Below, piece after piece: positions 39,401 to 52,379 of a stretch of DNA of 64,000 bases. The first letter of the stretch is position 1, and every line of letters starts with the position of its first letter. The translations under genes and the position numbers were made by a program. The DNA comes from Tubulanus polymorphus (Eukaryota > Animalia > Nemertea), in contig NC_134026.1 of NCBI RefSeq assembly GCF_964204645.1, forward strand, positions 4,673,950-4,737,949, read 5' to 3'. The notes under the pieces are model-generated. The model made no database searches, was not told where the DNA came from, and saw nothing but the letters and a program-made list of their open reading frames with translations.

Positions 39401-42400
39401 CATTTTATTGATCCTAACTATCATAACTAATATATTAATATTTTTGTTTTGTTGGTTTCTGCCTTTCTTTTTGCATGCTCGCTCAAATCGATTGGCTCGT
39501 ATTTCAGGAGATAAACAAACTTCAATTTGAATTGGAATATCGGCAAAGTATGCTAATGGATAGTCAACAGACTTGGGCCCAACGTTTTGATAGGTAAAAT
39601 CTATAATCTTCATGTTATAAAATGAGGTGTATGAAACTGTTTCATGCCGGGATCTGTTGAGTTGTAGACATTTTTAGAATTCTGTCAGAAGCTGCGGATT
39701 CTAAAATAACTAACTTCCGTAAACAGGTCCCACGAGCTAAGGTGAAATTGATGATCATTTCTTTTGCTACAACTATTTGTTCAGTCCCTTTTAAATTTTG
39801 CTTGGTTCTACTTTTCTTCCGGGTTGATTTTGTTTTTTGTCTTTTTTTTGTGTGGTTTTTTGCCTAAGGACCTAGTTACACAATTGATTATTGGATTTAA
39901 CTCAAACAGAGTTGTACATTTTTCATGTCATAACTCAGGTCTGTGTAACTGGGTCCTGAGTGTCATTATGATGATAAACAGTGACTAAAATATATAGTCA
40001 ACTGTTGAGTAATTCATTGATTAATCGGAGTAGATTATTCCTCAAAAATCAGTTAAACGGGTGTGTGATGTGTATATATGTTTTCTGTAGATACCGTCTG
40101 ACGAAGATCTTCAAGAACTTTGCCATTTTATAGTCACATCACGCGAAGCTTTGTTCCTACGATATTTACATAGGTATACTACAGTTTGTCAGTGAAATAG
40201 TTGTAATTTCAAAACCTGAAGGTTGATTGCGAAACATCAAAAAAACTCTTTTTCGAATAAATATCATTCTTGGGCCAGTTTCATCGACTCTCTCCTTTCT
40301 TTAAGTCATGTACTTTAAGCCTATGTCAAAAAGTACAAAATCCAAATTAAGGAAAAATCAACCTTAAGGGTCATATGGCAAATAACTTTACTCTAACTCT
40401 TGATAGCTATTAACAGATATTTCTTAAGTATAAACATACTATATCCACCTAACCTTTGCATTTTTTGAATTTCTTAACTCATTTTTTCCAACAACAAAAA
40501 ATGTGCACTATCCCGCAAATCCAATTGACTGATTTGCTATGATTGTAATGATTTTTGTATGTTGATGCCTGTTATGAAATGTAGTCGGACGCAAATTACC
40601 GGATTAAACTTCTCTCTCGAGATATTTTCGACGTACAAAGACTCGATGCATAATTAAGGCTCATTTCCCGGAGCGAATTGAAATGATTTGATCTATTTCG
40701 ATGCAGATAATACTGAATCTGCATGTGGAATTTTATGGCCGCATATATACACATCTGTGCACTGAGTACGCCATATTATATTGTCAGCTGAAATCTCCAC
40801 GAACAGCTGTCAGTCTTCATCGGTGGAAGAAACTTCGCTTTTAAGATCATTGATTCGTTTCTCTTGTATTTTTCACTATATATATATCTCTGTTCTCGTC
40901 TTATCCGAGTCGAATTCATTCAAGTCGTCATCGTTTAAGTCATCGCATCATTGAGTCAAAATTTGTATTTATAATCAAATTAACGTAGTAAGTAATCATT
41001 CGGATCATGGATGTATAAACTAGATTATACTATCTGGTTAATACGTCCATGTTTAGATTGAGTGGTCAACATAATTATGGTCGCAGCTATGGCGACTTGA
41101 GCGAATTTGACTTTACTTACTTTCATATGAAGAAAAGAATTAGATAAATTACAGGTTGGCCACTGACCCGGAAGACTCAGGGAATCAGGAAAATTCGGGG
41201 AATTTGACCAATATTACAAAAAAAAACCTGGAAAACTCGAGGAATTTGGTTAATGTTATTGACCGTGTTTCTTTATGGTTACCTACAGGATTCATAAAAA
41301 AATGAATGATTGTAACGTACTAAATTAGAAATTTGTCTGATTCACTCAGGGAATTTTGTATTATCACATGGAAAAATCAAGGAAAATTCTGTGGCCACCC
41401 TGTATTAGTATACCTGATGCGAACCACCAGCTCTACTTTCTCTCATTGGCAGATAAATCATTTTTGGGAAAAAAATCTGTACTCTACCATTTTCTAAACA
41501 TTAACCAAGACAATAATATTATAATATATCTGGCCTGTCTCTAACTAATGTACTTTCTAAATGAGGTGAATGGTATTCTTTTATTTCTTTCATTTACCAG
41601 GAGGTGGCACCGTTAGTATGTATGGGTGATCTGAGCACTATGGGAAAATCTCGCTTTACTCTCTTACAGGAACGATGCAATAGGTGAATCTTTCTGTGTA
41701 AAATGATAAGCATGTTTGAACGGTGGTTTAAACGAACTGAGAAAGTTTGCAGATTCATTCGGCCTACGTACACATACGCGGATGCACTGTGTATTTGATG
41801 ACAGCTGTTTCTGCAGCATATGGCACGCAGTTGTGGTATTCTAATAAGTGCTGCAATTTTTCGCTTCATAAACCCATAGATATAACACCCGATACCTTAA
41901 GACATTTCTGCACATATTTTCATGGTGTTTATGATTATAATCGCGACTAATGATTTAGATAAATGACTATAAATTTTTTCATGCTTATGTGCTGCATTAC
42001 GAAGAAATCCTATGCTTAATTGAATTAGCTTGTCCGTGGCATTATTGCAGTCATTTGTTTTTCAGTTGTTCATAGTCACAAAATGTTATTGAAAAAACCT
42101 CGCAATATTAGTTTGTGTATGTGTTTCGTAATTTTTCGATATAGAACATGCAAAGAGAACGCCTCGCTTATGGCTACTCTGGACGAAAGAACTTTAGAAC
42201 TTAAACGATTGCATGCTGAAAAAATGGGTGAATATCTGATAATTGAAATTTTCATCGAAACTTACTCCTTGAGAGATCCTATAATCGTTGAAATTTGTTG
42301 ATGATTTGTAGCCGTGCGTAGAGAGAGGGACGAGTTGCTGGCGTTACTCGACGTTCAAGAGCGCATGAAATACGAACGAAATCGCACTTCACAATCGGAC

Positions 42401-44328
42401 GACGCGTATAGTGATTTTTCCTCGAATGAGGTATATGTAAGTGCAACGTGTCAGCGTGGGACTGCCACTGGTTTCAAACATACTACCGCTTTTTTGTTCG
42501 AAAAAAGAATGCTCTAGGTCCAGTAGTATTGGACAAACATTTCTATCTAATTATATCAATATCTTATATCTGTCAATCAACCTTTTATATACTACCTATA
42601 TGGTATCTATGTTACTCTCTTTTGCTGTTCAATGTTTTGACTATCTTTTGTCATTATCTTATTGTATTGTTTGAAACCTTTTACAGTTTATGCAACACTT
42701 TGTCACTGTTCTATAACTGGACGCACTTCATCCTGGGTTGCGCAGTCATGGTTCAAATCTTGAAATTTGTATTGACGCCACCCATGACTGTGCTACTTAC
42801 TGGGTCTAGCTTTACTTTGATATATGGCCAAAACCATGACTATACATGGAGATTAAAAGATTATACTCGTCTCACAAAGATTATGTGTTGCGCTATAATC
42901 TTTTCATGTATGCATAGTGTTGCTATGGGACCAGTTGTAACCTATCCATTTTCAACTCCATGTACCTATCTGTGCTGAGGAAATTAACAAGCTCCTCTAT
43001 ATTCATGTTTATGCATGATTTAAGTACTGTTCATATTTTTTATATTACAAAAAATAACAGATAACTGATGAAATATGTTTTGTAGCTGGCAGTATTAGGA
43101 GCCTGTAACTGTCGCCAGACAAACCCGGAGCCTTGTGGTTGTGCCTATGCTGCCGCTAATCTTCGTAAAGAAACCATCAAATTACGTGAAGATGTAAGGT
43201 TTCAGTTGAAGCTATACATTTCTTCATTTTTGTGCGTAGCAGATGTGTTGAATATTGAAATATTTGCTTACAGATCGAACTTCACAAGGGTCGACGGGAA
43301 GAAGCCTACACTACGGTCGACGCGTATAGAATGGCTTTCGAAGAACAGTTACATCGAAATCGATCACTAACAATGAAAATCGCTGAACTAACGGCACCGA
43401 CTGAGAAAAAATTCAACAAAGCTAAAAATGTACTACGATGGCTAGTCAGGCAGCTGAATGAAGGTAACTGTGCATTCAAGTTATTTGGACAGCTCCATCA
43501 TTGGATTCTATCACCCACCCAAAAAATTATTCAAGTTTAGTAATGAATTTTAATATAAATAGCTACTTGACCAAAAAATGTTTAATGACGTAGCTTTAGA
43601 TATAATATCAAATGTAGAGAATACCACAATAATACTGAAAAAAGTAATATAAAGTCCTAAAATATTCCCTTGAGCTAGTAGTTTATTCGACGTTTCGACT
43701 ATATTTTAGTAGTCATCTTCAGGAATACTGATCCCATACTCCTGAAGATGACTATAAAAATATAGTCTAAACTTCGGATTATGTACTAGTCACAGGGACA
43801 TTTTCGGCCTATATATAATTTTTTCGATATTATTGTGGTATTCTCGACACAATGGTTGTATGATATCAAGCATTACTATTTAACTGCCTCTTAACTTAGT
43901 TTTCCACAAAAGGTTAAGTTAGAATGTAAGCCATGAATTCACTGCTCGATTTCGTAGTTACTTGACATAATTTGTCATAATGTATTTTCCAGATCTCACT
44001 TACGATCAGACGATCCCTACGGTGGAACCGCTGAATGAGAACGGTAATGTCAGCGATCGTAATTCCAATGATTTACTCAAGTGCCAGAATGAACAAGAAA
44101 TCATTGCTTATCTTCTCGAAAAGGTAAATCGATATCAAATGATACCGATACCTATTAAACGACGTGCGTAGAATTGAATTTGGTACAATCTCTCTGGTTC
44201 TCTTTCAGTTAAATGATAAATCAGAAGCTTTAGCCCACCAGCGCCTGGCCGCTAGAATGTTAGCCAGTCGGACGAAAGAACTCGAGGAACGACTGCATTT
44301 AGTGGATGAAACAGTACCTCGAACTTGA
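36467..44328 (+). CDS. CCDC125: Coiled-coil domain-containing protein 125 homologue, 11 exons, ~564 aa
   Basis: Exons 36467-37085, 37428-37507, 37589-37675, 38872-38943, 39508-39593, 42145-42227, 42312-42430, 43086-43193, 43274-43463, 43993-44123, 44209-44328 in frame. Motifs GDLGLGLGLKPG, EINKLQFELE, ELAVLGACNC...PCGCA, EEAYTTVDAYRMAFEEQL and LNDKSEALAHQR match CCDC125 as I recall it. Confidence 0.9.
37106..37317. mobile_element. Fold-back element with Penelope-type hammerhead motif (family 2)
   Basis: Arms aatgaaagtaactgaccatatttagaataaataa / tttatttattctaaatatggtaagttactttcatt; central perfect palindrome gaagcttcatcaggtgaatattcacctgatgaagcttc; minus strand reads CUGAUGA-A-GC...GC-GAAA-GC-UC. 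Confidence 0.75.
39868..39958. mobile_element. Short Harbinger-type MITE
   Basis: Inverted termini GGACCTAGTTACACA ... TGTGTAACTGGGTCC; similar to the TIR at 58088-58222. Confidence 0.55.
41152..41402. mobile_element. MITE with CAGG(G/T)TGGCCAC TIRs
   Basis: ta|CAGGTTGGCCAC ... GTGGCCACCCTG|ta; internal repeated tcagggaa/ggaaaa motifs. Confidence 0.75.
43613..43849. mobile_element. ~240-bp palindromic element carrying two inverted hammerhead motifs (family 1)
   Basis: Arms tgtagagaataccacaataata.../...tattattgtggtattctcgaca; centre agtcatcttcagg-aatactgatcccatact-cctgaagatgact. Confidence 0.85.
43684..43727 (-). ncRNA. Minimal type I hammerhead ribozyme motif (Penelope-like, dimer-type)
   Basis: Minus strand UAUUC-CUGAAGA-U-GACUA-cuaaaaua-UAGUC-GAAA-CG-UC^GAAUA: 5-bp stem I, core CUGAnGA plus one extra nt, 5-bp stem II, GAAA, palindromic ACGU stem III, GUC cleavage triplet. 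Confidence 0.75.
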
Positions 44329-44984
44329 TCATATTGATAGCGTAGATCAGTTTATTGATTTGATTCGGTTTAGAGATAAGCGCAACTGTTGGAAATTCCT
44401 GTAATCTACATAGTCGTGAGTACAGTGCAATGCGAACTGCCTTGACCAAAATGTTAATTGAAAGCTTTAAGTTCTGTCCATACGCGTATAGTCAAGTTGT
44501 GGAGTCAGATTTATATTTGCAATGAAAAATCACTCTTATATGTGTACAGTATACATCACTCAGTGCTTCCAGTTCAAGTAAGATTTCATGTACGCCTCCA
44601 TTATTCATGCAACTGATGTTGAATGTACATGTACATGTACCGGTATGTATATACAGGCGCGTTGGAAGCAATTTTTGCGGTTCTTATATGTAGCCGCGGC
44701 GAATTTACTTCAATTTCGTCAAAACATGATATTCAACGAAAACGAACGTCATTCAGTAAATTATTGCCACGGTTTCATCACTGCTGTCGCTGCAGTTCCA
44801 ACGCCACTGATATATAATATGTATCTAGTCGTTAATTAAAATGAATATGTAGAAAAGAGGTCCTTGTCCATACACACAGGTCGCTGATCCAGTTAATCAA
44901 TTTTATATACCTCTGACAAAAAGGGCCTTCTCAAAAAGAAGTTAGTTCCTAATTCATGATGATGACCATGTTGATATTCACCGT

Positions 44985-45134
44985 AGGGACCATTCATTTA
45001 TTACCTACGCATTAGGGGAGGGTTAAGTGCAATCGCGTACTGTAATGCTTAAAGTATATGAAAAAATGGCAATTTTGCGCACAGGGGGGGTTAAAAATTC
45101 AAATTTCATGCGTACGTAATAAATGAATTATTCT
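44985..45134. mobile_element. MITE remnant
   Basis: Imperfect inverted termini gggaccATTCATTTATTACcTACGCA ... TGCGTAcGTAATAAATGAAT, with internal G-runs. Confidence 0.65.
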
Positions 45135-47225
45135 GTATTAAAAATGAAATATGTTAGTCCTCGAAAGAAGGGGAGATCGAATCTTTTTAATACCCTGTGT
45201 GAGACAGAGACGCCTTAGATGCACCACTGAGCATCAAATAAAGCTGTATATAAGCTTTAAGATGTTAGAAGTGTAGAAAGGCATTTAAGGGTTATCATAT
45301 TCAAACTGCCATCTTTGTTTATCAGGAATCGCATCTATCGACTTACAGGATATTAACTGAATTTTAGTCCTGTAATTATGTTGAACTTTGTTATGTCCGT
45401 GCATATCGTGTTATATAGATTTAAAACAACTTATTTGCAATTTTCTAATAGTCTATGAATTCAATTAAGGAGAATGACCAACCTAAGAGTCGAGTCGAAA
45501 GACTAATCATCAGAAGAGAAATAAATCTGCTGTTAGAAGGATGTTGCAATTACTGAATCATAGATCTCTGTCTCTTGAGAAATTATTGCTGCAGGAATGT
45601 TGATATAGTTTTGTCATACAAAGTTGTTACTGCTGAATCACATCTGTCTTGTTTCAGTTCTTTCAGAAAAATAACCCTTTTTGGGTTAAGCAAATTGGCG
45701 TAGTTAGAAAATAATTTCTTTGATTAAATCATATATCTTTGATTGAAGCATATATTTTAAAATCGGATAGTATATATTTAGGTATACCCATCAGACTGAC
45801 ATCGTAAATAATGTCTCATATAGTATTGTAATAGATGGGGTAATAGGGCTTTTATCTATACACTGTATAGTTAATTACATATGGGAGGATGATATATTTC
45901 ATTCAGAGTTGATGTTAATGCAGTTTGAACTAATGTAAGCAAGTGTGGATCTGAATGTTACAATGTATAACAACGTGATGATGTATTGTGCAAAGTTTAT
46001 TTTATATCCATGTTAAAAAATATTATTTTGAAAAAATAAAGTACATACGTATATATGTAAAATCTGAAGTTTTAATAGTGGCATTCTCTTATGGAACTGA
46101 TAAAAGCTGCAGTTTTGGAGGTTCTATCTACGTCTCTATTGGCAACATTGCTGTTTTTCACATGTCTTGGTCATTGACTTTGGGTTTACCAAGGTTACCC
46201 TGATCCCCTCGGAAATTGCATCTTTTCAGATATCTCTTCTATTTTCCAAGATCTACCTCCGTGTACATACACATTCCTCAAGATTTTGTTGCGAAGATCC
46301 ACACATCATTCAAAGATATTACACTAAAGAAGCTTTTGTTCTATTATTCTTTTTATTAAATCACATACAGTTAAAAAATTACAAAACTGTCAATGGTAGA
46401 TAAAAAGGAAATAACCATATATTTTTACTTTGTACACTACTGGCAGTAAATGATCTCTCAATGTATTTTTCTTATTCCTAAAAAACTTAACTACATTTTT
46501 AATGAATACTAAGAAGCAGCATATCCGTATGAATAAATAAACAGGATTCATAGGCATGCACATTAATTTATTATGCTGGTGAAAAACAACACATACCGGT
46601 ATATAGCAAGATCAGAACTCATCAAATACAGGTTTTTTACTTCGTACATGTATGAACATGCAAAATTGAAGCCAACAGTTTCCCTTTTCTTCATGACTAG
46701 AGCCATTCATTTTATTGTACACGTACATGTAATACTATATGCAAATAATCATTGAAAACTTGTAATAAAACTAAATGGAATATACTGCAATACAGTATCC
46801 AGATGATGAGGACATTCATCAAGTACGTAACCCCTTACCATACATATTAAAGCATTAGAAGACAAATGGCAACTTTCCTACCATCCACTCCATTTATTAA
46901 CATTCCCTGTTTGAAACTCATTCAACGGCACATCAATACTGGAAAACACAGAATTTCAGAACTGGGATCATACCCGGTATCTATACAGGAAAATGTCACA
47001 CTCGCCCAGTAAATATCTAATAAATATATAAAATTGTATATTCTTGTAAATTGGACAACATATATCAGCAAAAAGTTGTAAACTTTATAACCATTAAGCA
47101 GCTAGCTATTCATGCCATCAGTAATACTGGTATATCGTTTTAACCTTATAAAGTACAACGGAATACTCTCTCTTTTAAGGATATTATGTCCATCCTTTGG
47201 ACAATCCATCGATCGAAATCTTTCA

Positions 47226-50200
47226 TCATCTGGCAGTCGAATGTCCGAGGAATATTTCACTGGCGACTGATTCCGTATCGCTTAGATCTAAACTCAACAC
47301 ATCTTCATCCAAACCTGCAATAAAGAGGAAAAACACAGTTATTATTCTGTCACTTAGAATAATTCTAAACAAGCCTCAATCGTTCTTGGGCTCAGGCTTG
47401 AATCTGGAACTCTGAAATTCCCATGCGTTAGTTCCCATTGCATTTTGGATATTGTATCTAGAGCCGATAGCTAAATTCTCTTGAGACAAATTTTTGAATC
47501 TCGACCCCGTTCCTGAAAGGCAGTTTTTAGTGCCTAGTTCTGTCATTAGTTGGCGCACTGGGTCCATTCTTTGAACCGCAACCCCAAACTAACCGAAGTG
47601 GTTGCACATGGCTTCATTCTGAATACTCACCAGTCAACAAGGGCGTTTTCTTCGGTGAAATAGAGAAGTCTTCACTATCGTAATCAGCAAGTGATGCACT
47701 CAAACTGATATCCTCGTCAAACAGATTGCCATACATGAGTGTATCATTCGTATCCCTGGCTACTTTTCTGGTTTCATGGCCGCCATTTGTTGTGGCTTTA
47801 TCATCATTCAATCGTGAAAACGGTTCAACTTTTTTGGAATTCGCTACATATCAAAATATAAGACTAATCGTTGAAATTATGCGCAAAATGCATGTATTGA
47901 TGTATGTATAGTCTAGAGTTTCACTTTGGGAAGAGTTATACAAGCATTCAACCATGAAATACCTCTAAACCTGGGCCTACCTAAATTCGTAGGTATCGAT
48001 TTATCAATTGATGTCTCCAAACTCATGATTTTGTCTTGAATTATTTTCATGGAGTTTCTGCAATGAGAACAAAAGCATCTCATGTATAACTGTCCACGTG
48101 TAAAAAAATTTCATATCAATGTCATCTAAAGAGAAATATACTAACTGTAGTTCATGGACTTGCATAGTACCCTTTGTACTACCAGATAGTGGTGATTTTG
48201 AAGGACTGTTTCCTGATCCAGGGAATGTGATCTCACGAATTGACTAAAAGACAATATAGTCTGTCACTATCACAAACATTTCATAAAAAATTCTACTAAC
48301 AATGAGTTTCTTTCTTACATACAGTATGGTAAAGTGAGATGTTCTAAGAAAATGTTTTGTGACAAAACCTAACAAACCTATTTCATTAGCAATCATCCTC
48401 AGTCATAATTAAATCGATAGCATCATGAGGATCTTTATAAGCCAGATACAAATTGTTACTACCAAGTATCCTTATGTAAATAAAACATTTTCACATCAAT
48501 AAGTACCTTTTCAATTCTTTCATTTCTTCTACTTAAATCTTTGTTATCGGTCGCAATGGAAGCCAACTCTAATTCCACCCTGACTAAAGACGCAAAACCA
48601 ATGATGAAAAATTTGGTATCGCTATATTTTCAATACCCGCAAGAAAGGATAAACTGATGAAATAAAATATCATACCCAATCGACTTTTCATCGTTTCCAA
48701 TTCTCGACGCAAACCATCGCATTCTTCTTTAGCATATCTTTTCCTAAATCACAGAGTAGAAAATATTTCACCCCAAACATATCATAAATATTAACTATCT
48801 TAAACCAGGCTAAGTTCATTAAAAGGCCCAGGGTATGTCAGTATCGTGGAAACTAAATTTCTTCTGGGAGCAAAGTTATATAGTCGTCAATAGGTGGATA
48901 TGAATAATGGGATCAAGCGGTACTGGTCTCATCAATCCAGGTTACTTGGGTTTGAATCCTGATTTCTTGCCTCTCCGTCTCATAACTGGGAAAAAACCCC
49001 TAGCCTTCTTATAAGGAGTATCATTTTGAAGTGAAATATACTACATGTATTTATGTGTGACTTGATTGGTCGGGCTGGACAGAATTTAATTTCAGTGGAA
49101 ATTTTCGTAAACTTACATATCCTGAATTTCTCTAGTCATTGAAGAGAACTGATTTTCCGAAGTGTATTTTTCATCTTCGAGATGTCTGTATCGCGTCAAT
49201 TGCGTCTGCAAACGATTCAGTTCCGTATCGGTTTCTCGTTTCCATCGGTCCAATTTCTTATCGGTTTCCATGTCGACGCCTCTTTCCGTCAGTCGTCGAT
49301 TAATGGATCGCATTTCATCTAAAACAACACAAATAAACGGATATAGTTTCCAACATGTGTTCTCATCCTACCTCAGAGGGGACTCTAATCTGATGGCATC
49401 CGAGGCTTCCATGCACCAAAACCTGCCTCATTAGGCCGAGTAATCAGCTACATATGCTGCTTAGATGATATCATTATTAGCCAATCAAAAATAACACTTC
49501 ATTTTAGCCTGGGTTAATCCTTTCTAAGTTATCCATGAAATTTGCCTCAGCAATTAGACAACAGGCAAACAGAGGTTTGAGCCATGGCTGAGTCTCGTGA
49601 TGACATCAGATTCAAATTCCTGCCAAAGTAGGATGTATATTCTCAGAAGACTAATTTCTCAGAAATTAGCTGTTTGACTATCATACCTCGGAGCATGTCC
49701 ATTTCTCTCGAGTTCTGGTCCCTTTCATTTTCGACCCTACGAAGCGATCGCTGCAAGTTTTCAATTTCCTAAAAGGAAATCATTAATATTTCTATTCATC
49801 CGATAACTTGTGTAGAAGATCCTTGTTTGCAATGTGATATAGACCTCTGTATCTTATTAGACAAATCTGGATTCTCAATTGAGCCTCAGCATACAAGGCC
49901 AATATGCTGTAGGCCTATACCTACTTGATTTTGACAGTCAATACGATCGGATAGGGCCATCAATAATCCGTTATCGACAGAACTCAGACCGTATTGAGTC
50001 TGTTGCGCTGTCATCGGTGGTTCGGTTCCGTTGACTGCTCCAAATCCCGAAGGCACAATCGCAGTCGGGGTAGGTTTAAATGCGGAAAAATTTGGCGAAG
50101 ATGTGAACGGCGTCACACCTACTGCCGAGAAGCTGTTGCTATACGGTTTAAAGGCGCTGTCTGAAATGAGACAAAAAACTAAATACTACTGTTTTATGCT

Positions 50201-51300
50201 AAATTGCTTTATAAATTTCTAAATTTCATTTTGATCAATTTTCAATATTCATTATTGAAGTGAGAATATAAAGAACATTTTCAGGACTATCGAAACTTCA
50301 TTCAATCTGTTGCTTACCTCCCATTGTTAAAGCGGATTGAGATTGAAACCGGGCGGATCCAAGACGACTCTGAAAACGACAAAATAGAATTCAATCAAAC
50401 AGTAGGCCTAAGCCTTAAGTACACTGATTATTAGGTTCACCGACCGATGCATTGAAATTAACTTATGAGTTATAAATCGTCACACAACAACTCACATAAA
50501 CAGTCTTCTAGTAATATGAATAGCTAAGCATAACTAAAAATATTAATGAAAATCTTTTAGGTCTACTGAACAGGTATAAACGTAAAAAGACTAAATGCTT
50601 GACTGGTTTGGTGCACAGGCAATACATGTAAGCCGACATATAGTACGCGGGTATCAGTCTGCAAAGAACCACCCGTTAAGCCAGGTCTAAACATTTCTAT
50701 CAATATCCACTGCGATAAGTCTATTCGACACAGTTACAGAGAAATGTTGTTGTTGATAAACCATGCTCAATAGTTCCAGTTCAGCTACAAGTTAATTCAT
50801 AGAATCAGTCAGTATCTTATAGGCCTATACTAAATACCAATTTTCAGAATACTACTGGGTATAACTAAAAATGTAGGTCAAAACCTGTGTCAGGTAGACA
50901 GTATCCCCTCGAATCTGATGGTACGCCACACACACCCGCCTGATGATCAGCACGAGTCCGCAGTATAAGGCTGCTGCATGAAATCAGGCCGCACCAATCA
51001 CTAATCAGATTGCCTGTTAATCGCTGCGTAGTAGCTATAGGCTACTCAGTTTAGTATCATTTAGAACATGTTTGGATCACTGCCGATGGAGGATGAGTGA
51101 TTAGACAGGCGATGTAACTATCTCTCCACCTCCTCCACCTTTTTAGATTGATTGGTCAATAAAAATATATAACGTTGTTGGTTAGGCTCTGAACTGAACG
51201 AAGATCATACAACTTACACCTTTCATACGCCTACCTTAATCCTGTTGATATTGGATTCAGTTTCTCTGACTACCGACGAGAATCTATCTTCCCAACTCAT
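47226..51300 (-). CDS. Uncharacterised coiled-coil protein, 11 exons, ~419 aa
   Basis: Exons 51300-51235, 50369-50318, 50160-49925, 49768-49687, 49318-49117, 48743-48676, 48583-48507, 48243-48146, 48057-47981, 47843-47631, 47314-47226, all GT-AG and in frame. Starts MSWEDRFSSVVRETESNINRIKSRL, has a heptad-rich middle and an acidic tail. Confidence 0.8.
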
Positions 51301-52379
51301 CCTGGACTGCAATCGCTGATTAGATTAGGGTACCGGCGTTCAACAAACCGACACAGCGACTCTACTACCACTGGTGGCCATTTGTAAACGTTTCCAAGGA
51401 ATTAATCGTTGGGGAAATCCAAAATTTATTTCCGGGTTTGGTTAAGTCGATCACATTTGTAAAATCTCGATAAATCTTATTGTTTTTTTTTCAAAATCTA
51501 ATCAAAATATAAAAAGGCCAAGAGCTTAAGGATCTTTATTCAGTAAAAAAAGTCTCAGCCGCAGCTTTCCGCTTCCAGAAGGTGCTGCCACCTAGTAGAG
51601 GCGCTGAGAATGAACAGCTGATTTTGACAGGTGAAGCGTGACGCATGTGCGATGCGTCTTAGCCCCATTATTACTCCAAATTTAAGCGTCGGTATGTTGT
51701 CAAAATGCTCTTCTAATAAATTACACAACCCTAATTTAACGTCAGGAGACTTCGCCTTAAGTAACCACACATGCTTAGGCCTACTGGCTTGGCATTTTTT
51801 TTGGATGGTTGCCGCTGACGACAGTCCGGGTCAATCTTCTTGGGCTACATAAGATTTTGTGGTCATGTAGCTTTTCATTCGGAAGGCGAAGCAACCAACT
51901 AACTAACTGTGGCTGAACCTGCGAAGTCGATGCCAGCCCTGAAGAAACCCACCCCCTGAAATTAATGATGCCCAACCATGTGGCTTAACCGCCTGTAGCG
52001 CGAGGATGCATTGGTTTTGTTTTTAATTTGGTGGGGACTTTGGTCAGATTTTGAAGATCTGATGCTTCGATATGGCCTCTAAGCGATTTGTATTAATAAG
52101 GCTAGGTCTAACATGAAATTTAATAGGGTGTTATAATACTTTAATATTTCAGCTTAATATTTTTTCTTATGTCGAATTAAAGGAAGCAAAACTAAATTCA
52201 TTTTGGGGGGGGGTTAGTGCTACGGGTTAACCATATCATTTCCTGGTCTTGCTTATTATTTGCTATACTACTCATCTCTAGACTGAATACCAGTCATTGT
52301 TACCGGTTTGTGAAACGGCGGCTAGGTACTAGACTATACTCTTCTCATGCCTACTAATATTTGACAGGTTGAATGCACG

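Noticed and set aside
40098-40130. ctgacgaagatc hammerhead-like half core
   Set aside because: No adjacent GAAA or stems; at most a very decayed relic
42448-42978. 176-aa hydrophobic ORF in a CCDC125 intron
   Set aside because: T-rich intronic composition, non-ATG start and no recognisable motif
48905-49020. Possible SINE fragment (B-box-like ggtttgaatcc)
   Set aside because: Too degenerate and no second copy in the window
50936-50990. cctgatga...gaaatcagg: hammerhead or C/D snoRNA candidate
   Set aside because: Stem II does not abut GAAA, the core is sequestered in a hairpin, and there is no terminal D box
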